Below, one piece after another: positions 39,281 through 48,683 of a DNA stretch of 64,000 nt; the stretch's first letter is position 1, and each line of letters starts with the position of its first letter. The notes beneath the pieces are model-generated. The model saw only the letters and a program-made list of their open reading frames with translations. It did not search any database and had not been told where the DNA came from. Both the position numbers and the translations under genes were made by a program. The stretch covers positions 47,064-111,063 of the forward strand of contig JAJYJK010000004.1 of the NCBI GenBank assembly GCA_021789555.1, read 5' to 3'. This stretch comes from Nitrospirota bacterium. GTDB taxonomy: Bacteria; Nitrospirota; Thermodesulfovibrionia; Thermodesulfovibrionales; JdFR-88.

Positions 39281-39724
39281 TTATTGTGCGGCGGGCTCTA
39301 TCAGGAAGAGGGGCTCTCCGTACTCGACGGGCTGGCCGTTTTCGACCAGTATCTTTACAACCTGGCCCTCGATCTCGGACTCGATCTCGTTCATGAGCTT
39401 CATGGCCTCCACTATGCAGAGCACCTGGCCCTTTTTCACGATGGAGCCGACCTCGACAAAGGATGAGGCCTCCGGAGTCGGGGCCCTGTAGAAAGTCCCG
39501 ACGAGCGGGGCGGTTATCGTAGCGAGCCGTTCCTTTTCGCCTTCGCCCTCTTCATGCTTTATCTGCCGTGGCGCGCCCGGCAGCTCCGGCGACGGGAACT
39601 CGACCGACGTGTAGAAACGGCCACGCCGGATCTTTACCTTCGAGCCTTCCTTCTCCACCTGTATCTCGGTGACGTCGGTGTCTTTAAGGAGCGCGAGGAG
39701 AGCCTTTATGTCCTCTAGCTCCAT
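39281..39724 (-). CDS. accB: Biotin carboxyl carrier protein
   Basis: APLVGTFYRAP, EAMKLMNEI. Confidence 0.96.
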   Translation of the reverse strand: MELEDIKALLALLKDTDVTEIQVEKEGSKVKIRRGRFYTSVEFPSPELPGAPRQIKHEEGEGEKERLATITAPLVGTFYRAPTPEASSFVEVGSIVKKGQVLCIVEAMKLMNEIESEIEGQVVKILVENGQPVEYGEPLFLIEPAAQ

Positions 39725-40288
39725 CTATCTGACCCTCTCCACATATTCCCCGCTCCTGGTGTCGACCCGGATGACGTCCCCGACGTTTATATGGAACGGC
39801 ACCTTCACGGTCGCCCCGGTCTCGAGCTTGGCGGGCTTGTAGCTCCCCGCGGCCGTGTCCCCCTTGAAGCCGGGCTCCGCCTGGGCCACCTGAAGCTCCA
39901 CGAAGGTGGGCAGTTCTATGCCGATTGGGGCGCCCTTGTAATAGAGCACCGTGGCCACGGTGTTTTCCTTGAGGAAAAGCCTGGAGTCCCCCAGTTGCTT
40001 TTCGTTAAAAGGCACCTGCTCATAGCTCTCCGTATCCATGAAATAGTAGAGCCCGTCCTGGTAATAGAGGTACTGCATCGTCTTTTCTTCCAGCTCGGGG
40101 CGGTCGAATTTCTCACCCGACCGGAACGTGTCCTCAAGGACATTGCCCGTCTTCAGGCTCTTCATTTTGGTGCGCACAACGGCGCCCCCGCGGCCCATCT
40201 TCACGTGCTGGAAGTCGACTATCTCGCAGGGCTCGCCCTTGTATACTATCTTCATGCCTTTTCTGAAATCGCTTGTCGAAATAATCAC
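39725..40288 (-). CDS. efp: Elongation factor P
   Basis: FQHVKMGRGGAVVRTK, PGFKGDTA, KPAKLETG, DTRSGEY. Confidence 0.96.
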   Translation of the reverse strand: MIISTSDFRKGMKIVYKGEPCEIVDFQHVKMGRGGAVVRTKMKSLKTGNVLEDTFRSGEKFDRPELEEKTMQYLYYQDGLYYFMDTESYEQVPFNEKQLGDSRLFLKENTVATVLYYKGAPIGIELPTFVELQVAQAEPGFKGDTAAGSYKPAKLETGATVKVPFHINVGDVIRVDTRSGEYVERVR

Positions 40289-40322
40289 GCCTTTTTTTAA
40301 AAACCTCCCCTGTGGTCCTTTT

Positions 40323-41468
40323 CTAAATTCCGCTTTTGCCTTTGGGCAGACGGGTGAGCACTTCCGGGCGGCCTTGCGCCAGGTAAACCATGTCCTCGAT
40401 CCTTACGCCCCCCAGACCGGGGACATAAATGCCCGGCTCTATTGTAAAGACCGTTCCGCGGGCCAGAGGCTTGTTCTCCCCGGGACGAGGCGAAAGCCCC
40501 GGCTGCTCGTGCACCTCCAAACCGATGCCGTGCCCCAGGCTGTGCCCGAAATTCTCCCCATAGCCTGCTTGTTTTATAACATATCTGGCTGAATTGTCAA
40601 TATCTTTCGGCCTTTTCCCCCTATACCCCCCGACACCGGCCCCCTTCGAATACGCCTCCCCGAGGAAGGCGATGGCCCTGGACTGGGCCTCGAGCACTAC
40701 CCGGTAAATCTTCCTCTTCTCGGCCAGGCGCAGGTCCTTCCGATGGCCCTTTTGCCCTCCGCCTACCAGGAAAGTCCGGGTCATGTCGGAGCAGTAGCCG
40801 CCGTACTCGGCCCCCCAGTCTATCACCACAAGGTCGCCCGGCGCGATTTTGCGCCCGGTGGGCCGCGCGTGCGGGACGGCGGAATTTTCCCCGGAGGCCA
40901 CTATCGCCGGGAAGGCCGGTTTCAGGGAGCCCTTCTTTAAAATAGCCTCCTCGAGGCGCAGGGCCAGGGCCTTTTCCGTCACGCCCGGTCTGATAAAACC
41001 CTTTACCTCGTTAAAGGCGTCCTCGGCCCGTCTGACCGCCCCCCTGATGCAGCCGACCTCATAATCGTCCTTGACGGCCCGCACCCTCTCGACAACCCCG
41101 CCAAGCGGAATTACTTCTGCCCCGAAGACACGTCTGAGCTTTTCATAAAAGGCATAGGAGACGGTCTTCTCGAAGGCCGGTTTCCTGACTGCCAGCCGGC
41201 GGCAAAGCCGGGCAACTGTTTTCTCCAGCGGGCCCTTCATGATGACGGTCTCGTATAGCCGCCCCGCCTCGCCAAGCGCGTCCTTGCCGTATCTGGAATC
41301 GGTGATGAAGAGGGCATCCTTCCCGGTGACGATGATATGGCCCGCGGAACCGTTAAAACCCGTCAGGTACCGGACGTTCGCCAGGTTGCTTATCAGAAGG
41401 GCGTCAGCCCCCCGCAGGGCCGTCCGCAGAGCGGCCAGCCTGTTTTGGAGAGACTCGTCGATCGTCAA
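40323..41468 (-). CDS. Xaa-Pro aminopeptidase (M24B)
   Basis: RYLTGF.GS, DWGA...[35 protein letters not shown]. Confidence 0.92.
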   Translation of the reverse strand: MTIDESLQNRLAALRTALRGADALLISNLANVRYLTGFNGSAGHIIVTGKDALFITDSRYGKDALGEAGRLYETVIMKGPLEKTVARLCRRLAVRKPAFEKTVSYAFYEKLRRVFGAEVIPLGGVVERVRAVKDDYEVGCIRGAVRRAEDAFNEVKGFIRPGVTEKALALRLEEAILKKGSLKPAFPAIVASGENSAVPHARPTGRKIAPGDLVVIDWGAEYGGYCSDMTRTFLVGGGQKGHRKDLRLAEKRKIYRVVLEAQSRAIAFLGEAYSKGAGVGGYRGKRPKDIDNSARYVIKQAGYGENFGHSLGHGIGLEVHEQPGLSPRPGENKPLARGTVFTIEPGIYVPGLGGVRIEDMVYLAQGRPEVLTRLPKGKSGI

Positions 41469-41917
41469 GCCTTGTGCGGGGTCCCTTCCAGGAGTATCTT
41501 CGCCGCGGCCCGCAACGCCAGCATGTAGCTGCCCGGCCCGAAACCGCTTATCTGCCCAAGGGCAACCTCCGCAATGTAAGAGCGCCTGCGGAATTCCTCG
41601 CGCCTGTGGATGTTCGAGAGGTGCACCTCTATGACCGGCTTCCCCACCGCCGATATCGCGTCCCTGATCGCAATGGACGTGTGAGTGTAGGCCGCCGGAT
41701 TTATGATGAGCAGGTCATAGTCGGCAGCCTGGATTTCATCAATTATCCCGGACTCGCTGTTCGTCTGCACGACGGAGAGCTCAAGACCGAGCCGGCCGGC
41801 CATCGCCTTCATCGCCTCGTTTATATGATCGAGCGTGGCCATTCCATAGACCGAAACCTCGCGCTTGCCGAGCAGGTTTAAGTTTGGCCCGTGGATGACC
41901 TTCACCTTCGGCATCAC
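41465..41917 (-). CDS. aroQ: Type II 3-dehydroquinate dehydratase
   Basis: [33 protein letters not shown]. Confidence 0.96.
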   Translation of the reverse strand: MMPKVKVIHGPNLNLLGKREVSVYGMATLDHINEAMKAMAGRLGLELSVVQTNSESGIIDEIQAADYDLLIINPAAYTHTSIAIRDAISAVGKPVIEVHLSNIHRREEFRRRSYIAEVALGQISGFGPGSYMLALRAAAKILLEGTPHKA

Positions 41918-42126
41918 TCGGGCTCCTGCGCCACTTTATAGCCGGCGTCTTTTATCGCCTGCTCTATCTCGGAGAGCCTCGTCCTGCCTTCGTCGTAGCG
42001 GACCACGGCCTTGCCTATCTCCACCTGCGAGCTTGCCACCCCGCTTACGGCTTCCACGGCCTTCTTCACAGCCATGACACAGTGCTGGCAGCTCATGCCC
42101 TCAATCCTGATGGTGGCCTCTGTCAT
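41914..42126 (-). CDS. Heavy-metal-associated domain protein (CopZ-like chaperone)
   Basis: GMSCQHC and AGY; own GGAGG SD. Confidence 0.88.
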   Translation of the reverse strand: MTEATIRIEGMSCQHCVMAVKKAVEAVSGVASSQVEIGKAVVRYDEGRTRLSEIEQAIKDAGYKVAQEPE

Positions 42127-42219
42127 CGAGATTCCTCCTGAAAAAATAAAAGCCGGTTTTTACCGAAAACCAGTCTACGGAACCTGAGATATTTCTTTAA
42201 TCTTTATCTTTTAAAAAAA

Positions 42220-42615
42220 TCAGAAATCATTCTCTATCCGGGAGACGGCCTGCCTCAGGTAGAACCTGCCCTTTCCGAGGCTTCCCGCGCCAGATCTCAT
42301 TACCAGGGCAATGAAGTATTCCGGATTGATCCTGCGGATTATTATAGCGCAGCTTCGCGCAAGGATGGTAATCTCGGCAGTGTCCCCGATTTGAAGATTT
42401 TTCGCGGCCCTGCCCGCCTCTCTTATGAGCTGCGAGGTCTCCGCCCCGAGGGTATCGGCGTCCATGATGCCGGAGTGGAGAGGTTCGTCCGTCCCGGAGA
42501 CCCCGGAGGCGGCGGCCCCGGAGCCGACCGGGATGCCGTCTGTCCCGAGTATCATGGCAAAGAGCGCGCCCTCCACCTTTTCGATCACTTCCTTAAGGGC
42601 CTCTGAAAAAGTCAT
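42220..42615 (-). CDS. Roadblock/LC7 (MglB-like) protein
   Basis: MTFSEALKEVIEKVEGA...GTDGIPV, NPEYFIAL, LGKGRFYLR. Confidence 0.8.
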   Translation of the reverse strand: MTFSEALKEVIEKVEGALFAMILGTDGIPVGSGAAASGVSGTDEPLHSGIMDADTLGAETSQLIREAGRAAKNLQIGDTAEITILARSCAIIIRRINPEYFIALVMRSGAGSLGKGRFYLRQAVSRIENDF

Positions 42616-43666
42616 CCTTTTTTCTTTTGGCCGATTCAAGAAAGGCGCCGAGCATTGAAACCTTCACGTCGCCCTCGATGCCCAGGAGTTTTATCAGCAT
42701 CCTCAGCTCTTCATGCCTCTGAAGGGCCTGAATATCCTCGGGATAAAGTTCCAGGTGTCTTCTCAGCCGGAGTAGCCCGCGCGCATACTCGCCCTCCCCA
42801 ATCAGGGCATCGGCGGCCGAAAGGGCATCGGCGGCCGTTTCATCCGCTTCGCCGCCGGCTGTGGCGCCGTCCTCAATGACATTATCTTTCAGCACATCAT
42901 CTTCAATGACATTGTCGGCCCCGGACTCGATTACAATCTCGCCGTCCTCTTCGCGGACACCCCCCGAGTTTTCCTCAAACCAGCCGGCCAAATCTTCCTC
43001 GGCAGCGGCGGGTCCCTCTGCGGCCTGTCCCCGGGCCGGGCTTTCACTTTCATTCGGGCCTTCAGCCCCTGGGCTCTCCCCCGCCTCGGGAGTCCCGTCA
43101 TCAATTCTGAGGTCCCCCGGGGATTCCCCTGTCCCGAAATCGGTTTTGCCTTCCGCTTCCGTGGCGGGATTGGCGACAGGCGGCTCAGGCGCCACGGCCA
43201 TCGGCTCTTCGGCCGGGGGCTCGGCCTCTGCCGGTGCTTCCCCGGGCGCTTCGTTTTCATCCGCGGCATTGACGCCACTTAGTCTCTCCAGGGTCTTTTT
43301 TGCCTCCAGGTCCATGGGGTTTAGGCGAATAACGATCTCGAACGCCTTTTTTGCGTCCTCCAGGTCCCCCAGGCGCAGATGGATTTCAGCAAGCTTTCTC
43401 TGGGCAAAGAGATTGTCCGGGATGGCATCGGCCACACGCCTGAATTCCGCAATAGCGCCCTCCAGGTTGTCTTCCTCGAGGTAGAGCTTCCCCAGGGCGA
43501 CCCGCGCGCTCATGTAGTCGGGCTGCCTTTCAAGCCCATCCCGAAGGACCTGGACCGCCTCCTCACGCATGCCCGCCTTTCTCAGCTCATCGGCAAGGGG
43601 GATGAAGAGCCTGGACGAGGGGTCTTTCTGGACCCTTTCCTTCAATCTCTCCAATTCACCGGGCAT
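42593..43666 (-). CDS. TPR protein with an acidic low-complexity linker
   Basis: DPSSRLFIPLADELRK, ARVALGK.Y, PDNLFAQRKLAE helical repeats. Confidence 0.8.
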   Translation of the reverse strand: MPGELERLKERVQKDPSSRLFIPLADELRKAGMREEAVQVLRDGLERQPDYMSARVALGKLYLEEDNLEGAIAEFRRVADAIPDNLFAQRKLAEIHLRLGDLEDAKKAFEIVIRLNPMDLEAKKTLERLSGVNAADENEAPGEAPAEAEPPAEEPMAVAPEPPVANPATEAEGKTDFGTGESPGDLRIDDGTPEAGESPGAEGPNESESPARGQAAEGPAAAEEDLAGWFEENSGGVREEDGEIVIESGADNVIEDDVLKDNVIEDGATAGGEADETAADALSAADALIGEGEYARGLLRLRRHLELYPEDIQALQRHEELRMLIKLLGIEGDVKVSMLGAFLESAKRKKDDFFRGP

Positions 43667-43696
43667 TGTAGATTTTCAAATAATGGTATTTAAAAG

Positions 43697-44899
43697 TCAA
43701 GTTTTAAGAAGATGTGAAATACTGTCAAGTACCGCATTGGCAACGTCTTGCTTGTCCATAAGCGGAATCTCCCGGATGTCCCCGCCGCGGGCGATTATCG
43801 TTACCGCATTTGTCCCGCAGTCGAAACCGGCCCCCGGCCTCGTGACATCGTTAAAAATGATCATGTCCAGCCCTTTTTTCTCGAGCTTCTGCCGGGCCCT
43901 GCCGGTATCGGGCCCGGTCTCGGCCGCGAATCCGACCGTGAAGGGTTTCTTCTTCCGCCGGGAGACCTCAAGCAAAATATCATGCGTTGCTTTAAGTTTC
44001 AGGCTCAATTTATCTGATTTTGCCAATTTTTTCCCGAATGTCTCTTCGGGGGTAAAATCGGCCGGCGCGGCGGCCATAATCAATATTTGGGCGTTATTTA
44101 TCTCTGCCAGGACGGCCTTTTCCATCTGGGCCGCGGTCTCCACGCGGATTAATTTCCCGATGCCGGCGGGCGGGCTTATGGCGGCGGGGCCGCTTACAAG
44201 GGTGACGTCCGCCCCGCGGGCGGCGGCGGCCTTCGCCAGGGCAAACCCCATCCTGCCGCTTGAGCGGTTGGAGATGAACCTCACGGGATCTATCGCCTCC
44301 CTGGTGGGGCCCGCGGTCACAAGCACCCGCCGGCCTTGAAAGTCCTTGCCGGTCAGGGCGTCCCGTGCGGCCTCCACAATCTTCTCCACCGCGGCCATCC
44401 GGCCCACGCCGGCGGCCCCGCAGGCGAGCGCCCCCTCTTCCGGGGCCATCTCGATCACTGCCAGCCCGCCTTTAAGAAAATCCAGGTTCCTCCTGAAAGC
44501 CGGATGCGCGTACATCGCGGGATTCATGGCGGGAGCGACGAGTGTTTTCCCCCTATAAGCCAGAAAACATGCCGTAAGGATGTCGTCCGCTATCCCCAGG
44601 GCCATTTTGCCCAGGGTATTGGCGGTGGCCGGGGCCACGATGAACAGGTCGGCGGCCGCGGCAAGATTCACATGCGCCAGGGGTTCGCCTTCCCAGAGGC
44701 CGGTGAGGGGTTTTTGGCCGGACGCAAGCTCCAGTGAAAGGGGCGTGATAAAATTCAAGGAAGCGGATGTCATTATCACTCTGACATCCGCTTCCTCGTC
44801 TTTCAGTCTCCGGACAAGCTCGACCGCCTTGTATGCGGCAACGCTGCCGGTGACCCCCAAAAGCAGGTTTTTATTCTTTAGGGGGCTCCTCTTCGCCAT
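43697..44899 (-). CDS. coaBC: Bifunctional phosphopantothenoylcysteine decarboxylase/synthetase
   Basis: GVTGSVAAYK, APATAN, PAMNPAM, TAGPTRE.IDPVRFISNRSSG, GFAAET; start at MAKRSP. Confidence 0.96.
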   Translation of the reverse strand: MAKRSPLKNKNLLLGVTGSVAAYKAVELVRRLKDEEADVRVIMTSASLNFITPLSLELASGQKPLTGLWEGEPLAHVNLAAAADLFIVAPATANTLGKMALGIADDILTACFLAYRGKTLVAPAMNPAMYAHPAFRRNLDFLKGGLAVIEMAPEEGALACGAAGVGRMAAVEKIVEAARDALTGKDFQGRRVLVTAGPTREAIDPVRFISNRSSGRMGFALAKAAAARGADVTLVSGPAAISPPAGIGKLIRVETAAQMEKAVLAEINNAQILIMAAAPADFTPEETFGKKLAKSDKLSLKLKATHDILLEVSRRKKKPFTVGFAAETGPDTGRARQKLEKKGLDMIIFNDVTRPGAGFDCGTNAVTIIARGGDIREIPLMDKQDVANAVLDSISHLLKT

Positions 44900-45275
44900 T
44901 TTTTTCCACAAACAGCTCCTCGAGGCCCTCCTTGCTCTTCTCTTCCTTCTCGTGCAGGTACACCTTGAGGTCGCGTTCCAGTTCCGTGAGCTCCTCCACC
45001 CTCGCCTCGCGCTTCTTCGTCTCAAGGAGACGGCGCATATCGAGTTTCTTTGCCTCTTCGAGGGCGGTGCGCGCCTCTTCGCCGGTCAGAAACTCAAGCA
45101 CGTTTTCCACGGCTTCGAGAATGCCCTGCGAGGCCACCTTCTTGTATTTGCTCGGCAGTTTCGGCTTGGCGCCAAGGGAAAGGTCTTTCGCCCTCTGCGA
45201 GGCGATGGCCACCAGACGGAACCTGCTGTCTATATTCTTCTTCTCTGTCTTGACGGGCAGCGAGATTATATCCAT
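44871..45275 (-). CDS. rpoZ: RNA polymerase omega subunit with a charged C-terminal extension
   Basis: IDSRFRLV.IASQRAKDL; position between gmk and coaBC. Confidence 0.88.
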   Translation of the reverse strand: MDIISLPVKTEKKNIDSRFRLVAIASQRAKDLSLGAKPKLPSKYKKVASQGILEAVENVLEFLTGEEARTALEEAKKLDMRRLLETKKREARVEELTELERDLKVYLHEKEEKSKEGLEELFVEKNGEEEPPKE

Positions 45276-45919
45276 CAGCCCACCTCCTTTTTCTCCAGCT
45301 TGAAATGTTTCTCCACCCAGGCCCGGTCTAGCCTCCCCAGGCGCGCCCTGTCGGCCAGTATGACCGCCTTCAGACGCTCCAGGGCCTCTTCGAGCCTATC
45401 GTTCACTATAACATAATCGTACATTTCGTATTGCATTACCTCGCCAATCGCGTTTTGCAGCCTCAGTTCCACCTGCTCCCTGGAGTCGGTCTTCCGGCCT
45501 TCGAGCCTCTGTCTGAGGGCCTCCAGAGACGGGGGCAGGATGAATATATACAGCGCCTCCGGCAGCCCCTTGCCCTTGCCTTTTTTCCCCCTGATCTGTC
45601 TTGCGCCCTGCGTGTCTATGTCGAGTATGACGTCCAACCCGCGCGCAAGCAGCCGCTTAAGGTCCTTAAGCGAAGTCCCGTAGCGGTTCCCATGGACCTC
45701 GGCGCTTTCAAGAAATTCGCCCTTCCCGACCATCGAGGCGAATTCTCCCTCCGCTATGAAATGGTAATCAATGCCGTCAACTTCCCCCGTTCTGGGCTTT
45801 CTCGTGGTGTACGAGACCGACTCCTCTATTGCGGGCAGGCTCTTTAACACCTCGCGCACAAGCGTCGTCTTGCCCGCGCCGGAGGGGGCCGATATTATGA
45901 AAAGGGTGCCTTCACTCAT
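45275..45919 (-). CDS. gmk: Guanylate kinase
   Basis: [34 protein letters not shown]. Confidence 0.97.
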   Translation of the reverse strand: MSEGTLFIISAPSGAGKTTLVREVLKSLPAIEESVSYTTRKPRTGEVDGIDYHFIAEGEFASMVGKGEFLESAEVHGNRYGTSLKDLKRLLARGLDVILDIDTQGARQIRGKKGKGKGLPEALYIFILPPSLEALRQRLEGRKTDSREQVELRLQNAIGEVMQYEMYDYVIVNDRLEEALERLKAVILADRARLGRLDRAWVEKHFKLEKKEVG

Positions 45920-46196
45920 TCTGCGCCGGTCTGCCCAAAAACCTCTGCGTGATGGTCTCGGCCTGAAGGGCGGAAAGTATCACATGGTCGCTGTCGGTTA
46001 TCAGGATGGACCGTGTGCGCCTGCCCTCGGTTGCGTCAACGAGCTTGCCCCTCTCGCGCGCCTCTTCCCTCAGGCGTTTCATCGGGGCGGACCCCGGGGT
46101 CAGTATGGCCACCACCTTCGCCCCCGCCACCATGTTGCCGAAACCTATATTGACGAGGACCGGGGCCAGATCGTCTTTTTTAGCCGGCATACTCAT
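45912..46196 (-). CDS. DUF370 (RemA-like) protein
   Basis: [34 protein letters not shown]. Confidence 0.9.
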   Translation of the reverse strand: MSMPAKKDDLAPVLVNIGFGNMVAGAKVVAILTPGSAPMKRLREEARERGKLVDATEGRRTRSILITDSDHVILSALQAETITQRFLGRPAQNE

Positions 46197-47038
46197 TGAA
46201 GGTTCTGGACCTGCTGCCGGATCCTCTCCACCTCGGTCTTGAACTCGATCACCCTGGCGGTTATCTCCATATCAGTTGTCTTTGAGCCGATAGTGTTGGC
46301 TTCCCTGTGAAGCTCCTGCAGCAGGAAATCAAGCTCTCTGCCTATTTTATCATTACTTGCGATGATTTTTTCCATCTGCCCGAGATGGCCCGTGATCCTC
46401 GTGAGCTCCTCCGCGATGTCGGCCTTCTCGGCCAGAATTGCGGACTCCTGCATCAGCCGCCCCTCGTCCCACCCGGTCTCCTGGAGCATCGATTTTATCT
46501 TCGAGGCGAACCTTTCCTTGAGGCCCGAAAGGGTCACGGGCAAGAGCTCTTTCATCCGGCCGTTTATGCGTTCGAGCGCGCCCAGGCGCGAGGTTACGTC
46601 TTCGGCTATCATCCGGCCCTCTTTTATCCTCATCGCCTCGACCTGGGAAATCGCATCTTCGAACGCCTCCGTGAATGAGACGATATCGCAGCTCGTCTCC
46701 TCCGAGATAAAGAGGTCCTTCATGAGGGCGAGTTCCCGGATGCCGGCCGGCCCGGCGATGGAGAGCTCACGCCTGAGCCCCTCCAGGGCCTCGTACACCT
46801 GCCCGGCCTTCGAGACGTCGAGACTAAATCCCTGCTTGCCGGATTTTACGGTCACGAAGACATCGAATCTGCCCCTGGCGAACCTGCCCCTTATGATGTT
46901 TCTGAGAGGGACTTCCTGCTCCATGAGGCCCGGGGGGAGCCGTAAATTCATTTCGAGAAACCTGCTGTTTAAAGAACGCACCTCAACCCTGAAATCGCCT
47001 TTTTCGGAAGAGCCGAAACCCGTCATTCCCTGTAGCAT
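46193..47038 (-). CDS. yicC: YicC/YloC family endoribonuclease
   Basis: [35 protein letters not shown]. Confidence 0.93.
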   Translation of the reverse strand: MLQGMTGFGSSEKGDFRVEVRSLNSRFLEMNLRLPPGLMEQEVPLRNIIRGRFARGRFDVFVTVKSGKQGFSLDVSKAGQVYEALEGLRRELSIAGPAGIRELALMKDLFISEETSCDIVSFTEAFEDAISQVEAMRIKEGRMIAEDVTSRLGALERINGRMKELLPVTLSGLKERFASKIKSMLQETGWDEGRLMQESAILAEKADIAEELTRITGHLGQMEKIIASNDKIGRELDFLLQELHREANTIGSKTTDMEITARVIEFKTEVERIRQQVQNLQ

Positions 47039-47156
47039 AGTTATGATATTAAATCAGGAGCCGGCTTTAGTCAAAGAAAAAGCGGGAAAAGGGGGGGAAG
47101 AAAAAGGAGGGAAAGAGTTGCCAAGGCCCGTGAAAACAATTAGAATTTAATCTGTA

Positions 47157-47173
47157 ACGGCATTGCGTCTGCG
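47157..47173 (+). promoter_or_regulatory. Putative sigma54 (-24/-12) promoter of the OmcS-like genes
   Basis: CGGCATTGCGTCTGCG: GG(47159-60)-N10-GC(47171-72), preceded by an AT-rich stretch. Confidence 0.5.
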
Positions 47174-47289
47174 AAGCAACTCCAAAGGCAAAGCACGGCA
47201 AAACCCCAAAAACCCGGCAGTAAAGTGAAACCTCTGACGCGCGGGCCGCGCCACGCAGACCGCGCTCCAGGGGCCTTTGAGGCGGCCGC

Positions 47290-48606
47290 ATGAAGATTGC
47301 CCGCAAAACGATAGCCGGCCTGCTGCCGGCCCTTTCCCTCTGCCTCGCGGTGGCCGTCCGGCTCGCGGCGGGGCCGGACGTCGCCCTCGCCTTCCATAAC
47401 GGGGGCACCGGGGACTGTGGCGACTGTCACACCACGCACAGGGCCGGGGCCATTGCCGAAAATGCCGCAACGGCGCAAGGCGTTTATATGTTGAAGGGGT
47501 CTGACGCGAGTTCGACATGCCTGAACTGCCATCAGGCGGCCGGCCTGGCGGGGCCGACCGGCCAGTATGTAAGCACCCCGGAGTCCGAGATGCCGGCCGG
47601 CGTCCCTCCAAAACAGATGACGCCCGGCGGAGATTTCGGCTGGCTCAAAAAAAATTACACCTGGAAGGCGCCCGGCTCCGGCATGCGGGCAAGCCCTGGA
47701 TACATGCACGGCCACAGCATAGTCGCAGTCGATTACGGCTACAGCGCGGACCCGGTAATCACGAGGGCCCCCGGCGGCGCGTATCCCGCCTCGGCCCTTT
47801 CATGCACCAGTTGCCATGACCCGCACGGGACCTACCGGAGGATCATAAACGGCGCGATTGCCTCCTCGGGGGCGAAGATCTGCAATTCCGGCTCATACGA
47901 CACAAGCCCAGACCCCACTGCGGACTGCCCTGTCGGGGTCTACAGGCTCCTCGGGGGCATCGGATACCAGCCCGCAAGCCTTAACGGTTACTCGTTTACC
48001 GCCGACCCTCCGGCCGCCGTCGCTCCATCGGTCTACAACAGGTCCGAGGAAACGACCGAGACCCGTGTCGCCTACGGCTCCGGGATGTCCGAATGGTGCG
48101 AAAACTGCCATTCCATAAATCCCGGCAACGGCCGGCACAGCCACCCGGCCGGCAGTCCGGCCAAGCTGGGGACCCTGGCCAAATACTACAATATGTACGT
48201 AAAGAGCGGGGATGTTACCGGCACCAGCGCCTCCTCCTATTCATCGCTTGTACCCTTCGAGGAGGGCACATCCGACTACAGGACCCTTCGGTCCCACGCC
48301 AAAAACGACGACTCCTACCTGCGGGGGCCGGACGCAAACTCCAACGTCATGTGCCTTACCTGCCACCGGGCGCACGCATCGGGCTGGGATTTCGGCCTGC
48401 GGTTCAACACGTACGACCAGGACTTCATTACAACGGAGGCCCAGACGGGCGCCCCCCTCTGGCCGGGCACCGACACGACCCGCAACGCGCAATGGTCCAT
48501 GGGGCGGACATCCGAGGAGACCAGAAGGGCCTACTACAATATCCCCGCAAGGAGGCTCTCGCCATACCAGAGGACGCTCTGCAACAAATGCCACATCCGG
48601 GACTAA
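47290..48606 (+). CDS. OmcS-like hexahaem c-type cytochrome, copy 1
   Basis: Signal peptide ending ALA-FHNGG; six CXXCH; colinear OmcS motifs QMTPGGDFGW, GH.IVA.DY, APGG.YP, CHDPHG.YRR, RVAYG.GMSEWC.NCH, PFEEGT.DY, CHRAHASG, YQR.LCNKCH..D. Confidence 0.92.
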   Translation: MKIARKTIAGLLPALSLCLAVAVRLAAGPDVALAFHNGGTGDCGDCHTTHRAGAIAENAATAQGVYMLKGSDASSTCLNCHQAAGLAGPTGQYVSTPESEMPAGVPPKQMTPGGDFGWLKKNYTWKAPGSGMRASPGYMHGHSIVAVDYGYSADPVITRAPGGAYPASALSCTSCHDPHGTYRRIINGAIASSGAKICNSGSYDTSPDPTADCPVGVYRLLGGIGYQPASLNGYSFTADPPAAVAPSVYNRSEETTETRVAYGSGMSEWCENCHSINPGNGRHSHPAGSPAKLGTLAKYYNMYVKSGDVTGTSASSYSSLVPFEEGTSDYRTLRSHAKNDDSYLRGPDANSNVMCLTCHRAHASGWDFGLRFNTYDQDFITTEAQTGAPLWPGTDTTRNAQWSMGRTSEETRRAYYNIPARRLSPYQRTLCNKCHIRD

Positions 48607-48683
48607 CGCAGCCCCCGGAATTTGAGGTCTTTTGCCAATTACATCTTTACATTTTCAAATGCTGCATTTTAAAATATAGCCGC

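Noticed and set aside
47175-47289. c-di-GMP-I / cGAMP (GEMM) riboswitch upstream of the OmcS-like genes
   Set aside because: GGCAAA occurs, but I could not find the tetraloop stem followed by GACGCAAA/GACGGAAA and the second receptor stem.
48093-48683. N-terminal extension of the 667-aa ORF in the track
   Set aside because: It overlaps OmcS-like copy 1 in another frame; the signal peptide starts at 48684.
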